Of a stretch of 32,000 nucleotides of DNA, positions 16,174 to 26,148 are shown piece after piece. The notes below the pieces were generated by a model. It worked only from the letters and a program-made list of their open reading frames with translations. It was not told the DNA's origin and did no database searches. The stretch is from Desulfocapsa sulfexigens DSM 10523. Lineage in GTDB: Bacteria > Desulfobacterota > Desulfobulbia > Desulfobulbales > Desulfocapsaceae. Within the stretch, counting starts at the first letter, position 1, and every line of letters starts with the position of its first letter. Position numbers and translations under genes: made by a program. The DNA is taken from the NCBI RefSeq assembly GCF_000341395.1, contig NC_020304.1, positions 2,820,001 through 2,852,000 on the forward strand. The letters run 5' to 3'.

Positions 16174-18495
16174 TTATGATTTTGTCTTTTCATTAGTTTT
16201 CTCTTCTTCCTGCTGTTGTAACAGAGCAGCCGCTGCTCCTGCTTCAAGAATTTTTTTGTTTTCTTCCGTGATGTTTGCTGTTTCAGGTAGTTCAACAATA
16301 ACTTTTCGATGGGCATAATGGATGCCCTTGGCGGCAAGTGCCTCGGAAATTCTGCGGTAGGCCTCTCTCTGAATGACAAATTGAGTTCCTGGCTGTGCCT
16401 TGAACTTAACCCTTATAATCATGACAGAGCCCGTGATCTCTCTTACACCTGCAGATTTGACAGGTTGAATAAAGTCATCTTTGAATTCGTCATCGGCGAG
16501 CATTGCCTGGCCAACTTTCTTGATGATCTTACGAATCTGGTCGATATCTGCATCGTAGGAAAATTCAAGATTAAATTTAACAATTATACCACCGCGCATA
16601 AAGTTGGTGATGGAACCGAGTTCGCTGTGAGGGACGATTTGAAGCATGCCCCGGTGGTGGCGAAGCATGACATTACGAAGGCTTATGGATTCGACGGCTC
16701 CTGAGACTGAACCCGCCTGAATATACTCTCCGACGCGGAAAGCATCGTCGAGGAGATAGAAAAAGCCTGAGAAAACATCACTTACCATCTTTTGAGCACC
16801 AAAACCAATGGCAAGGCCAACAACCCCTGCGCCGGCAAGCAGTGGCCCAATATCAACACCCATTGAAGAAAGGATTACCAGTGTTACCATCACCAGTAAG
16901 GTGGATGCGATAAACTTACGGAGCATGGGAAGCAGGGTAAAACTTCTCCCCCTGGTGGCAGCACCACCCCATTCATCATCATTTTCTTCCTTTTCTTCGT
17001 CAACTGGCATGGTTTCAAGGATCTTTTTCTCTATATAGCTGGAGGAAAATTTCCACACGGTTAAACCCAGGGCAACAGCTATGAGCGACTGAAATACTGC
17101 TTTGGTGATATTGGTGGCATAGGGGATATACACATTCCATAAGCTCAGTGTCCAGACCAGCAGTGTTACCAGAATTGAAAGGCTCATAAAGCGGGATGTT
17201 GTAACATAGAGTTTACGTTCCTTTTCCTTTGCAACAAGGATACTTGCCTGTATTTCTCTGCTGGCAGAGTCTTCGTCCTCATGATTATACATTCGCAGGG
17301 TGTTGATGGAAACCCGGACAATCCATTGGCCAAGACCATTAAAAATAACAAAGAGTGGAAGGATTGTCAGGCTCATAAGAAATGCAGAATTACCACGTTG
17401 CACACCTGTGAGCTGGTCTCCAAGCATAATGATCCAGATAATAAGGACATAGAGAATAGTGGGGACGTGCCAGAACTGGGCAAACTGCTCAACCACCCAG
17501 TTCCGTGTCCCGTTCTGGTCGCTTTTATCAAGGATACGATTTGCAACATAGTGACGACTGCGCATAATCATAAGCACAATGACGAAAACAAGAAAAGTTG
17601 CGATAATCATGGCCGTTGATTGCACAGCTGTTTTACTGAGTCCCAGTTCCCGTTGTAAGGCAAGAAACATAATTGCAGTAAAGATATATGAACAAAGAAA
17701 GAGGGTTGCCCTATGAACTGTAGCAGCCGTTATGTCATCAAAGGGCAAAACCCGAAGGGCGGCAGAGCCTGGAGAACTGAGTATACGGGACAACTGGGCA
17801 AGAAGACGATAAAAAAGAATAGAAAAAAGCAGGGCAAGAAAGACGTAGCGTAATGGAGAGTAGTCAGTACCCGGCAGCATAAAAAAGAAAAGGAGAGCAG
17901 CCGTTGCGAAAACGAAAATATGGACCAGAGAGGGGATGGAGAGCATAAGGCCAGCGATAAAGCGCATGGGGCCGTCGAGTACTGGAATGGCTTTTTCTTG
18001 AAACTGTTTTCTGAAATTAGCAGTGAAACGACGGGTAAAGTATTCACTTCCCCAGGCGGCTCCAAATATTCCAAAAAGCATTGCCAGAGAAAGTATAAAA
18101 TTTCCTAAACTCCCCCTGCCGACTTTTCTCGCAACTATGAGGTAATCGCCGGGAAAACTGCTAAGACGGGAAAGGAAACTGCTCGACTTTTTCTTTCTAT
18201 TTTCACCTTCGTCCAGTAGATGGAGCCATTTGGCAGTCTTTCCAACAAGGCCGCCAGTTTTTTGTGGAGCACTGGTAGAGGGCGTAGGATTACTTGTGAG
18301 TTCTGATATCAGCAAACTGCGAACCTGTTCGTCGCTCATCTTGGCAAGAACAGAGCCAATCTGGTCTGGAGCAACTCCCTTAAGTCTTCCACTTTCAGCA
18401 GCTGTCTCTTCAACAGCTGCAAGGGGTGCTGGGGAGAGCATGGTAAGAGAGATTGCCAGCAGGCAGAAATAGAGAAAAATGCTATATCTTTTCAT
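16174..18495 (-). CDS. Mechanosensitive ion channel, MscS family (large, multi-TM)
   Basis: 773 aa. Signal peptide, multiple TMs, then the MscS core: GAGVVGLAIGFGAQKMVSDVFSGFFYLLDDAFRVGEYIQAGSVSGAVESISLRNVMLRHHRGMLQIVPHSELGSITNF. Confidence 0.9.
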   Translation of the reverse strand: MKRYSIFLYFCLLAISLTMLSPAPLAAVEETAAESGRLKGVAPDQIGSVLAKMSDEQVRSLLISELTSNPTPSTSAPQKTGGLVGKTAKWLHLLDEGENRKKKSSSFLSRLSSFPGDYLIVARKVGRGSLGNFILSLAMLFGIFGAAWGSEYFTRRFTANFRKQFQEKAIPVLDGPMRFIAGLMLSIPSLVHIFVFATAALLFFFMLPGTDYSPLRYVFLALLFSILFYRLLAQLSRILSSPGSAALRVLPFDDITAATVHRATLFLCSYIFTAIMFLALQRELGLSKTAVQSTAMIIATFLVFVIVLMIMRSRHYVANRILDKSDQNGTRNWVVEQFAQFWHVPTILYVLIIWIIMLGDQLTGVQRGNSAFLMSLTILPLFVIFNGLGQWIVRVSINTLRMYNHEDEDSASREIQASILVAKEKERKLYVTTSRFMSLSILVTLLVWTLSLWNVYIPYATNITKAVFQSLIAVALGLTVWKFSSSYIEKKILETMPVDEEKEENDDEWGGAATRGRSFTLLPMLRKFIASTLLVMVTLVILSSMGVDIGPLLAGAGVVGLAIGFGAQKMVSDVFSGFFYLLDDAFRVGEYIQAGSVSGAVESISLRNVMLRHHRGMLQIVPHSELGSITNFMRGGIIVKFNLEFSYDADIDQIRKIIKKVGQAMLADDEFKDDFIQPVKSAGVREITGSVMIIRVKFKAQPGTQFVIQREAYRRISEALAAKGIHYAHRKVIVELPETANITEENKKILEAGAAAALLQQQEEEKTNEKTKS

Positions 18496-18537
18496 TATGG
18501 TTACACTATATATTTGACAGGTATAGTTGAGGTGGTA

Positions 18538-21500
18538 TTATTTTTCTTTCGGTGGAAAAAGTCGTTCGCTGCTGCTCTGAATAACCTTATAAAACACCGG
18601 CACAAAGAGTACTGCCAGAAAAGTTGCGGCAATCATCCCACCAAAAACAGCGGTGCCAAGGGCCTGACGAGAGGCTCCTCCTGCCCCATTGGCGATCACA
18701 AGTGGGTAAACTCCTAAAATAAAGGCAAATGATGTCATAAGGATAGGGCGGAAACGGAGTCTTGCCGCTTCCATGGCCGCATCAAAAATGGACATCCCTT
18801 TTTTCTCACGTGCCTCAACTGCAAACTCTACAATGAGAATGGCATTCTTACAGGCAAGGGCAATGAGGAGCACAATACCTATCTGGGTGTACACATTGTT
18901 ATCCATTTGACGTACCATGAGGGCGATTACGGTTCCAAGAAGTGCCAGCGGCACAGCAAGAATAACACCAATGGAGATTGACCAGCTTTCATACTGGGCG
19001 CAGAGTACCAGGTAGACAAGAGCGATGCAGATGGCAAAAATTGGGCCGGGATTGCCGGCATTTTTTTCCTGATACGACATGCCAGTCCATTCTGACCCCA
19101 TGGAGTTTGGTAGAACACGTGCTGCCGTCTCTTCCATGGCATTCATTGCCTGACCAGAACTGAAACCGGGAGCACCTGTACCGGTAATTGTCGCCGTGGG
19201 ATACATGTTATAACGGGTAATGATTGCAGGGCCAAATATTTCTTCAACGGAAAGCAGCGTCCCAAGAGGTATCATTTTATCGTCACTGGATCGAACCTGG
19301 AGTTTGGCAATATCCTCCACATTGGATCTGGCATCATCCTGTGCCTGGATGTTAACCTGGAAGGTACGGTTGAATTTGTTGAAATCATTAACATATGAAG
19401 CCCCAAGGAAGGCCTGCATGGATCCAAATATCTCGGAGAGCTGGATATTCAGGGTTTTGGCCTTGGTGCGGTCTATATCTGCAAAGAGCTGGGGGACATT
19501 GGCCCGAAATGTTGTATAGGCCGAGGAGATAATCGGGTCTTTTACTCCTGCCGCTGAAAGGTCATTTGTTATTTCCTGCAGGGCGGGTAAACCAATTCCT
19601 GCCATATCTTCAACCTGCAACTGGAATCCACCGGCATTTCCAATTCCGGAAATAGGTGGAGGAGGAAATTGTATAATAATCGCTTCCTTAATTCGGCTTC
19701 CAGCTCCTGCCATCTGCATCAAGATATGCTTCATGTCATGTCCGTTGGGGATCCGCTCGGCAAAATCTTTGAAAACCACCCACAGAGCAGCACCATTTGA
19801 CATTCCGGCACCGTCAAGAAGGGAGTAACCTGCAACTGAAATGACATCTTTTACACCATCCATGGTTCTCAGTGCGTCTTCGAGTTCCTTGACCACGGCC
19901 TGGGTACGTTCAAGGGATGAGGCATCGGGTAACTGGACGGCATACATGGCATATCCCTGATCCTCTGTGGGGATAAATCCCGTGGGCAGGCCGGTAAAGC
20001 CAGTCCAGGCAGCAACCGCTATACCTGCAAAGAGAACCATGGTGATAAGGGAGCGGCGTACCATAAGATGGACAATGGACTCGTAGGCATTCCGTGATTT
20101 GTCGAACATGGCATCAAACCAGCGGAAGAAGATCATCTTCTTTTTGGGGGTGGGCCGCAGGATAATGGCACACAGGGCAGGGCTGAGAGTGAGGGCATTG
20201 ATGGATGAGAAAAAAGTGGAAGCGGCAATGGTCAAGGCAAACTGTCTGTAAAGCTGGCCGGTTATCCCACCGAGAAAGGCGGTTGGGACAAAAACTGCCA
20301 GGAGTACCAGAGTGGTCGCGACGATGGGCCCGGTCACTTCCTCCATGGCGGCAAGAGCACCTTCTTTGGCGCTCATTTTGTGCTCATCCATATTTCGCAT
20401 GGTGTTCTCCACTACAACAATGGCATCATCAACAACGATACCGATGGCAAGCACAATACCGAAAAGAGTGATCATGTTGATGGAAAACCCAATCAACCCC
20501 ATTGCGGCAAAGGTTCCAATAAGGGATACTGGAATAGTGATCACAGGGATAAGGGTTGCCCGCCAGTCCTGAAGAAAAACAAAGATAACAACGAGGACTA
20601 GAACAATGGCTATCCAAAGTGTTTCTTCAACCTCCGCAATGGCTTCTTCAACAAAGAGAGTGGTATCAAAAGGGATTTTATATTCAAGATCGGGCGGAAA
20701 GGATTTTTTTAATTCCTCCATTTTTGCGGCAATCTGTTCTTTCAGGGCAATGGCATTGGCCCCTGGCAACTGATAAATCATCATCAATGCATTTTCATCA
20801 CCATTGAGCCTGGTGTCATAGTTGTACTCCTTTGACTGCATCTCAACCCGTGCAATGTCTTTGATACGGGTGAGCTTTCCTCCAGATCCCTGTTTTACAA
20901 TTATGTCGCCAAATTCCTCAGGGCTGTTAAGGCGGCCAAGAGTATTTACGGTGTACTGAAAGGCCTGGCCGGATGGGGCAGGTGGCGCACCAATCTGCCC
21001 TGCTGCCACCTGGACATTCTGCTCACGCAGGGCGGCGGTGACATCACTGGTAGTCAGGTCTCTGGAACGCAGTAAATCCGGGTCGAGCCAGATGCGCATG
21101 GAGTAATCCCCAGCGCCAAAGGCGGCAACATCGCCAACACCAGCTATTCTTGAAATTTCGTCTTTTAAACGGAGTGAGATATAGTTACTGAGATAATACT
21201 TGTCATAGGTTTTGTTGGGTGATGTAAGTGTCACCATCAATACAATAGAGTTCGATCGTTTTTTGGTGGTGACCCCGATATTTTTTACTTCCTGAGGGAG
21301 AGCCGCCATGGCAATGGCAACACGGTTCTGTACCAGAACTGCTGCCATATCAGCATCCGTCCCCGTTTCAAAGGAGACGGTAAGATTGTATGTTCCCGAA
21401 TTGGTGGAGGTGCTGGACATATAGATCATTCCTTCCACACCATTCACCTGTTGTTCAATGGGTGCTGCGACGGTATCAGCAATAACCTGAGCATTGGCAC

Positions 21501-21651
21501 CGGGATAGGCAGTTGAAACCTGGACAGTGGGAGGGGCAAGCTCGGGGTACTGGGCGATGGGGAGTCCGGTAAGGGTCACTCCTCCTGCCAGTACAATGAT
21601 GAGAGCAATAACGGAGGCAAAAATAGGGCGATTGATGAAAAAACGACTCAT
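18538..21651 (-). CDS. RND efflux transporter permease, AcrB/MexB (HAE1) type
   Basis: 1037 aa. [78 protein letters not shown] and TM4 [13 protein letters not shown]. Confidence 0.96.
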   Translation of the reverse strand: MSRFFINRPIFASVIALIIVLAGGVTLTGLPIAQYPELAPPTVQVSTAYPGANAQVIADTVAAPIEQQVNGVEGMIYMSSTSTNSGTYNLTVSFETGTDADMAAVLVQNRVAIAMAALPQEVKNIGVTTKKRSNSIVLMVTLTSPNKTYDKYYLSNYISLRLKDEISRIAGVGDVAAFGAGDYSMRIWLDPDLLRSRDLTTSDVTAALREQNVQVAAGQIGAPPAPSGQAFQYTVNTLGRLNSPEEFGDIIVKQGSGGKLTRIKDIARVEMQSKEYNYDTRLNGDENALMMIYQLPGANAIALKEQIAAKMEELKKSFPPDLEYKIPFDTTLFVEEAIAEVEETLWIAIVLVLVVIFVFLQDWRATLIPVITIPVSLIGTFAAMGLIGFSINMITLFGIVLAIGIVVDDAIVVVENTMRNMDEHKMSAKEGALAAMEEVTGPIVATTLVLLAVFVPTAFLGGITGQLYRQFALTIAASTFFSSINALTLSPALCAIILRPTPKKKMIFFRWFDAMFDKSRNAYESIVHLMVRRSLITMVLFAGIAVAAWTGFTGLPTGFIPTEDQGYAMYAVQLPDASSLERTQAVVKELEDALRTMDGVKDVISVAGYSLLDGAGMSNGAALWVVFKDFAERIPNGHDMKHILMQMAGAGSRIKEAIIIQFPPPPISGIGNAGGFQLQVEDMAGIGLPALQEITNDLSAAGVKDPIISSAYTTFRANVPQLFADIDRTKAKTLNIQLSEIFGSMQAFLGASYVNDFNKFNRTFQVNIQAQDDARSNVEDIAKLQVRSSDDKMIPLGTLLSVEEIFGPAIITRYNMYPTATITGTGAPGFSSGQAMNAMEETAARVLPNSMGSEWTGMSYQEKNAGNPGPIFAICIALVYLVLCAQYESWSISIGVILAVPLALLGTVIALMVRQMDNNVYTQIGIVLLIALACKNAILIVEFAVEAREKKGMSIFDAAMEAARLRFRPILMTSFAFILGVYPLVIANGAGGASRQALGTAVFGGMIAATFLAVLFVPVFYKVIQSSSERLFPPKEK

Positions 21652-21701
21652 GAGATATATCTCTTAGGCTAGATTGATAATCGCAATATGGGTTACTCTT
21701 T

Positions 21702-21725
21702 TCACTGTCAGGAAGATGACAGTGA
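21702..21725. repeat. Intercistronic hairpin between the MFP and RND genes
   Basis: TCACTGTCA-GGAAGA-TGACAGTGA: perfect 9-bp stem, 6-nt loop, no U-tract on the coding (minus) strand. Confidence 0.6.
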
Positions 21726-21747
21726 TCGTAATGGACTGGAGTGGATT

Positions 21748-22887
21748 TCAGTTTTGAGCTGTTTTGGGAGTCACTTTTGCGCCGGGTCGCGCACGCTGAA
21801 CACCATTAACAACGACCATATCATCCTTAATTATGCCTTTACGAATTACGCGAAATCCGTCAACAAGGGCACCAATTTCAACCGGTTTATACTCAACGGT
21901 TCCATCAGCAGTGACACCTAACAGATAACGCCCACGCTGATCGGAAGAAAGGGCAATTTCCGGTACCAGCAGGGCATCTTTTTCAACATGGGTAGGGATT
22001 CTAATTTTGGCAAAGAGTCCTGGTATGATATAGAGGTCTTTGTTGTCGAATTTTGCCCGCGTCAGGATTGTTCCCGTTGAAAGATCTACCTGGCTGTCGA
22101 GATAGTCACTTACCCCACTATATGGGTAGTTGGAGTCATCACCCAGTCCCAGTTCCACAGAAACGGGATTTCTTGTGATGTCATTTATCCCCTGTTCTTT
22201 GAGGTGTCTTTTGAAAAGCATCAGTGAGCGTTCATCCATATTGAAATAGACGTAGATCGGGTCGTAGTTAACCAATGTTGCAAGAAGGGTTTTATCACCC
22301 GCACCTACAAGGTTTCCATTATCAACAAGATTCCTGCTGATAAGGCCACTCTCAGGGGCATAGATTCTTGTGTAGGAGAGCTGCAATTTTGCTGAAGTCA
22401 GCTGAGCTTGAGATTCCAGAATCTGAGCCTGGGCTATACTAAGTTCGGCCTTCGCTTCGAGAACGGCGAGTTCGCTTACAGCCTTTTCTTTGTAAGCGCT
22501 TTCCTTCCGTTTTAATGTTGCTTCTGCCAGTTTAAGCCTTGCTTCTCTGGTTTTAAGATCTGCCTCTGCTTTTGCAACATCAGCCTCAAAAGGTTTGGCG
22601 TCAATGTTGAAAAGAAGATCTCCTTTTTCCACCAGTTTGCCTGGTTCAAAGGAGAAACTCTCGAGATATCCTTCAACTCGGGCACGGAATTCTATCTCTT
22701 TTCGTGCTTCTGTGTATCCCGTGAAGTAGATGTAGTTTGTGACATCCCTGACTGTTGGATTAGCAACAGTTACCTCAGGAGGGGGAGGGGGCGCTGGTGT
22801 CTGCTGTTGTTGTTCCTTGCATCCTCCTGTGAGGAGGGCGCTGAGACATATGGTCAAAATCAGAAAAAAGGAAATTGAATTTTTCAT
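21748..22887 (-). CDS. RND efflux periplasmic adaptor subunit (AcrA/MexA-like lipoprotein)
   Basis: MKNSISFFLILTICLSALLTGGCKEQQ lipobox, VTVANPTVRDVTNYIYFTGYTEARKEIEFRARVEGYLESFSFEPGKLVEKGDLLFNID. The start at 22887 avoids overlap with the upstream gene. The track ORF starts at 23007. Confidence 0.93.
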   Translation of the reverse strand: MKNSISFFLILTICLSALLTGGCKEQQQQTPAPPPPPEVTVANPTVRDVTNYIYFTGYTEARKEIEFRARVEGYLESFSFEPGKLVEKGDLLFNIDAKPFEADVAKAEADLKTREARLKLAEATLKRKESAYKEKAVSELAVLEAKAELSIAQAQILESQAQLTSAKLQLSYTRIYAPESGLISRNLVDNGNLVGAGDKTLLATLVNYDPIYVYFNMDERSLMLFKRHLKEQGINDITRNPVSVELGLGDDSNYPYSGVSDYLDSQVDLSTGTILTRAKFDNKDLYIIPGLFAKIRIPTHVEKDALLVPEIALSSDQRGRYLLGVTADGTVEYKPVEIGALVDGFRVIRKGIIKDDMVVVNGVQRARPGAKVTPKTAQN

Positions 22888-22903
22888 AATAGTGTGTGGA
22901 AAA

Positions 22904-24373
22904 TTATTGTGGGAGTTCGCTGTGGCGCTCAGGCTGAGTGGTCCAGCCACCGGCAAGAGCTTTATAGAGACTGACCAGTTGAACAGCAGCATCGCCTCTG
23001 GCAGCATCCTGATTACTTTCAGAATTCAGTAGAGAGCGCTGGGCATCGAGTACGTCCTGGAATGGGGTAAGACCATCTTTGTAAAGTTTGATCGACATGC
23101 TCACAGTCTCTTTGGAGGCCTGTACGGAGTGGTTTAAGGCCTCGAGTCGGAGGCGCTGTTCATGAAATCCACTTAAGCTGTCCTCAACCTCTTTGATGGC
23201 GTTTAACATGGTTAGTTCGTAGGAGTAGAGAGCCTGTTCTGTTCTGGCATCCTGAACGGCAATATTCTGTCGTATGCGGTCCATGTTAAAAATGTTCCAG
23301 TGAAGAGAAGGACCAATACCATAGACTGTACTGGCAGAATTAAAGAAATTCCCGGCGTCTAAGGAGGCAAGTCCAAGTGAACCAACCAGAGAAAAACTGG
23401 GGTAGAGATCTGCTGTTGCAACGCCAATACGTGCAGTCTGGGCGGCGATTTTCCGTTCGGCGAGCTTTACATCGGGTCTCTGGCGGATACGTTCAGCGGG
23501 AATTCCAACAGTCAGTTCGGCGGGAGGAACTGGTATTGGTCTGACTGTGCTGAATTCCTGGCGGAGGATGTCGGATGGTTGACCAGTAAGGACACTGAGC
23601 GCTGTGATATTTTTCTGTAGAGCTATCCGCAACAATGGGAGTTCGGCTTCAGTGCTGGCAAGCTCACGTGTTGCCTGAGCAACGTCGAGATAGGTCGCAA
23701 TGCCGTTTTTGTAGCGAACTTCCGTAAGGTGCAGCATGTCCTGCTGTGATGTGATGTTCTTTTTCGTTGTTTCCAGTTGTGCCTGGAGAGTACGCATCGA
23801 AAAATAATTTACTGCGATTTCAGCCCTGATGCTGATCAGGACATCATTATGATCCTCCCAGGATGCCTGGTACTCGGCAGTGGCAGCTTCAATGGAACGC
23901 CTTATCCTTCCAAAGAGGTCAATTTCCCAGCTGGCATCGGCTGAAAAAGCATATTTTGTCTCTTCACTGGTTGCCAGGGGATTAACGTTTTCACTCTCCT
24001 TGGCCCAGGTAACAGCACCGTCTGCATCAATCTCAGGATAGAGACCTGAGCTTTCAATGCCGAGTGAAGCACGGGCTTCTTTAACCCGTGCAAGGGCCAT
24101 TTTAATGTCAAAGTTGTTCTGTTCCCCGAGACGTATCAGTGAGCTGAGCTGAGGGTCATTAAAGATGTCCCACCAGTGGCTGAGATCGGTCTGTTCGAAA
24201 CGGACTCCGGGATAGATGATGCTGCTTATCTGAACAGAAGAGGTTCCCTTTGGGGCTTGATAATCGGGGCCAACCATGCAGCCAGAAAGACTCAAGGTGA
24301 GGGTGAGAAGACCATAGAGTATAGAGCGTTCATAATTCCTGTCTGGAGGGTGTTTATCGAATATGATGGACAT
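22904..24373 (-). CDS. Outer-membrane efflux lipoprotein, NodT/OprM (TolC-like) family
   Basis: 489 aa. Lipobox LSLSGCMVGPDYQAP, WWDIFNDPQLSSLIRLGEQNNFDIKMALARVKEARA, VLTGQPSD, RPDVKLAERKIAAQTARIGVATADLYPSFSLVGSLG. Confidence 0.93.
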   Translation of the reverse strand: MSIIFDKHPPDRNYERSILYGLLTLTLSLSGCMVGPDYQAPKGTSSVQISSIIYPGVRFEQTDLSHWWDIFNDPQLSSLIRLGEQNNFDIKMALARVKEARASLGIESSGLYPEIDADGAVTWAKESENVNPLATSEETKYAFSADASWEIDLFGRIRRSIEAATAEYQASWEDHNDVLISIRAEIAVNYFSMRTLQAQLETTKKNITSQQDMLHLTEVRYKNGIATYLDVAQATRELASTEAELPLLRIALQKNITALSVLTGQPSDILRQEFSTVRPIPVPPAELTVGIPAERIRQRPDVKLAERKIAAQTARIGVATADLYPSFSLVGSLGLASLDAGNFFNSASTVYGIGPSLHWNIFNMDRIRQNIAVQDARTEQALYSYELTMLNAIKEVEDSLSGFHEQRLRLEALNHSVQASKETVSMSIKLYKDGLTPFQDVLDAQRSLLNSESNQDAARGDAAVQLVSLYKALAGGWTTQPERHSELPQ

Positions 24374-24441
24374 TGAATGACAAAAGTTGAGTTTTGTAAA
24401 AGGATCAAAGAACCCTGCGCCATTGAACAGGATGAAATTGT

Positions 24442-25140
24442 TTAGTAGGAGACTTTGGTGGTTTTTAATTTGGATTGTTCAGCCATTGTTGTTCGCAGTG
24501 CATCAGCCTGTGGATTATGTGTTGTGTTTCCTATAATGATGTCAGCAGGAGAGACTTTTTGCTTGTAGTAGGCGGCATTCCATTTGTCACGAGGGTTTAC
24601 GATTGCTCCTTCTATGGAAACCCCCAAAAATGCCCCCTTGGATCGTGCAAAGGCTAGGATATCAGCGGTGGCAGCTTTTGCTCCTTGTCCCAGGGGCCCG
24701 GCGGCAACGGTTACATCGGCACCGAGTTTAAAAGAAGTGCTGAGCATGGAATCCATACCCTTGTCTGTCATGACCATGAGGACAATCTCCGAGGCCTCAC
24801 CACCAATCTGAAGACCGAAGGAGACGGCGCCCATGGAATAGAAAACGGGGTAGCTCCAGATATTTGTTTTCATATCCCGGGAAAGTAAAACCCCTGAACC
24901 ACCTGACCCACCGATAAAGAAGCCAGCCTTCAGCATTTGAGGAACAATGAATACCGCCTTGGCATATTGAATATTGTGTTGAAACCACGTCATTTCCGGG
25001 TCATCGCCAAAACTCTTCATAAGGATTGTAGATTGATCAACGAGTGCCTGGATATCAGTATAATCATCTGCTGAAGCTGTACTGATCTGACAAGAGAAAA
25101 TTGTGAAAAGAAAGAAGGACAGCAGCTTTTTGGTTAACAT
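24442..25140 (-). CDS. SYLF (Ysc84-like, lipid-binding) domain protein, exported
   Basis: 232 aa. Signal peptide FFLFTIFSCQISTASA, then AKAVFIVPQMLKAGFFIGGSGGSGVLLSRD...WSYPVFYSMGAVSFGLQIGGEASEIVLMVMTDKGMDSML. Confidence 0.88.
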   Translation of the reverse strand: MLTKKLLSFFLFTIFSCQISTASADDYTDIQALVDQSTILMKSFGDDPEMTWFQHNIQYAKAVFIVPQMLKAGFFIGGSGGSGVLLSRDMKTNIWSYPVFYSMGAVSFGLQIGGEASEIVLMVMTDKGMDSMLSTSFKLGADVTVAAGPLGQGAKAATADILAFARSKGAFLGVSIEGAIVNPRDKWNAAYYKQKVSPADIIIGNTTHNPQADALRTTMAEQSKLKTTKVSY

Positions 25141-25322
25141 AAAGACCCCGCTGGTTTGTGCACTAAACAGTCGCTGGAGCTATGAAGACAAGATATTGTC
25201 TGCTTAGAAAAATATCGTCAAATACACTCTAAGTGACTATAGTGGATAGCATTTACTAATGTCAAATACTTTACCTGTTATTAATAATCAAGATCAAATT
25301 GGTCTTGGGAGGGAATACTATT

Positions 25323-26045
25323 ATGGTTCCACTGAAAGAAGAGGTCCTGCTTGGGATCTATGAAGAATTTGAAAGGTGGGTCGATGAAGATCTTGCCTGT
25401 AAAAAAGGTTGCGCCACCTGCTGTACCCAGAATGTTGTGATTACAGCCGTTGAGGGAGAGTTCATCCATCGCTTTATCTGTGAAAAGGGCATGCAGGAGT
25501 GGTTTGCTGAAAAACTTCAGAAAAAGGCACAGACGAGAAGGCCTGAACTTACAACTAACGGTTTTGCTGCCGCTTGTCTTGAGGGGAAGGATGTGGAGCC
25601 GGATTCCTATGGCAGCAGTGAGCCCTGTCCGTTTTTGGAAAATGACTGTTGCACCATTTATGAGGTGAGGCCATTTTCCTGTCGCTGTTTTGCCTCCACT
25701 GTAACCTGCCGTCCAGGGATTCCGGCACTCATTGGAGAGCAGTATCTCTCAGCTTCAACAGCTGTAATGCAACTCATAGAGCATCTTGGCCAGGGTGAGT
25801 TTCTGGGGAATATGCAGGATGTTTTGCTGGCCCTTTGTGGGCTTCCTGAAAACCGAAAATATTTTGATCTTCTTCCTGCATCCATGTCTGACCAAGGGCT
25901 GGCAAATGTTGTAAAGGCATTGCCTTTGCCTGGTTTTCTTTTGCTTGAGGAAGAGATGGAAAAGGTGGCTCCTCTGCTTGAAGCTGTTTTTGCTCATACC
26001 TTAAAGGATGGCAGAACAATTGAAAGTATACTGAATAACCGTTAA
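25323..26045 (+). CDS. YkgJ family cysteine cluster protein
   Basis: CKKGCATCCTQNVVITAVEG and CPFLENDCCTIYEVRPFSCRCFAS. ATG at 25323 has a GGGAGGG RBS. The track ORF begins 24 nt upstream at a TTG. Confidence 0.85.
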   Translation: MVPLKEEVLLGIYEEFERWVDEDLACKKGCATCCTQNVVITAVEGEFIHRFICEKGMQEWFAEKLQKKAQTRRPELTTNGFAAACLEGKDVEPDSYGSSEPCPFLENDCCTIYEVRPFSCRCFASTVTCRPGIPALIGEQYLSASTAVMQLIEHLGQGEFLGNMQDVLLALCGLPENRKYFDLLPASMSDQGLANVVKALPLPGFLLLEEEMEKVAPLLEAVFAHTLKDGRTIESILNNR

Positions 26046-26078
26046 TCGCTATTTCGAACTCAGGAGAAACAAAAAAAA

Positions 26079-26105
26079 CCCTCTTTGTATAAAAGAGGGC
26101 TTTTT
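26079..26105. terminator. Bidirectional terminator between convergent genes
   Basis: aaaaaaaaCCCTCTTT-GTATA-AAAGAGGGcttttt: perfect 8-bp stem with an A-tract upstream and a T-tract downstream. Confidence 0.85.
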
Positions 26106-26148
26106 CTGCTTTAGAGAAAGGGGTACTGCTCAGGAGTGTTGCATTGTC

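Noticed and set aside
25213-25269. Direct repeat GTCAAATAC (two copies) upstream of the YkgJ-family gene
   Set aside because: Only two 9-nt copies 48 nt apart, with no further context. Not distinguishable from chance.
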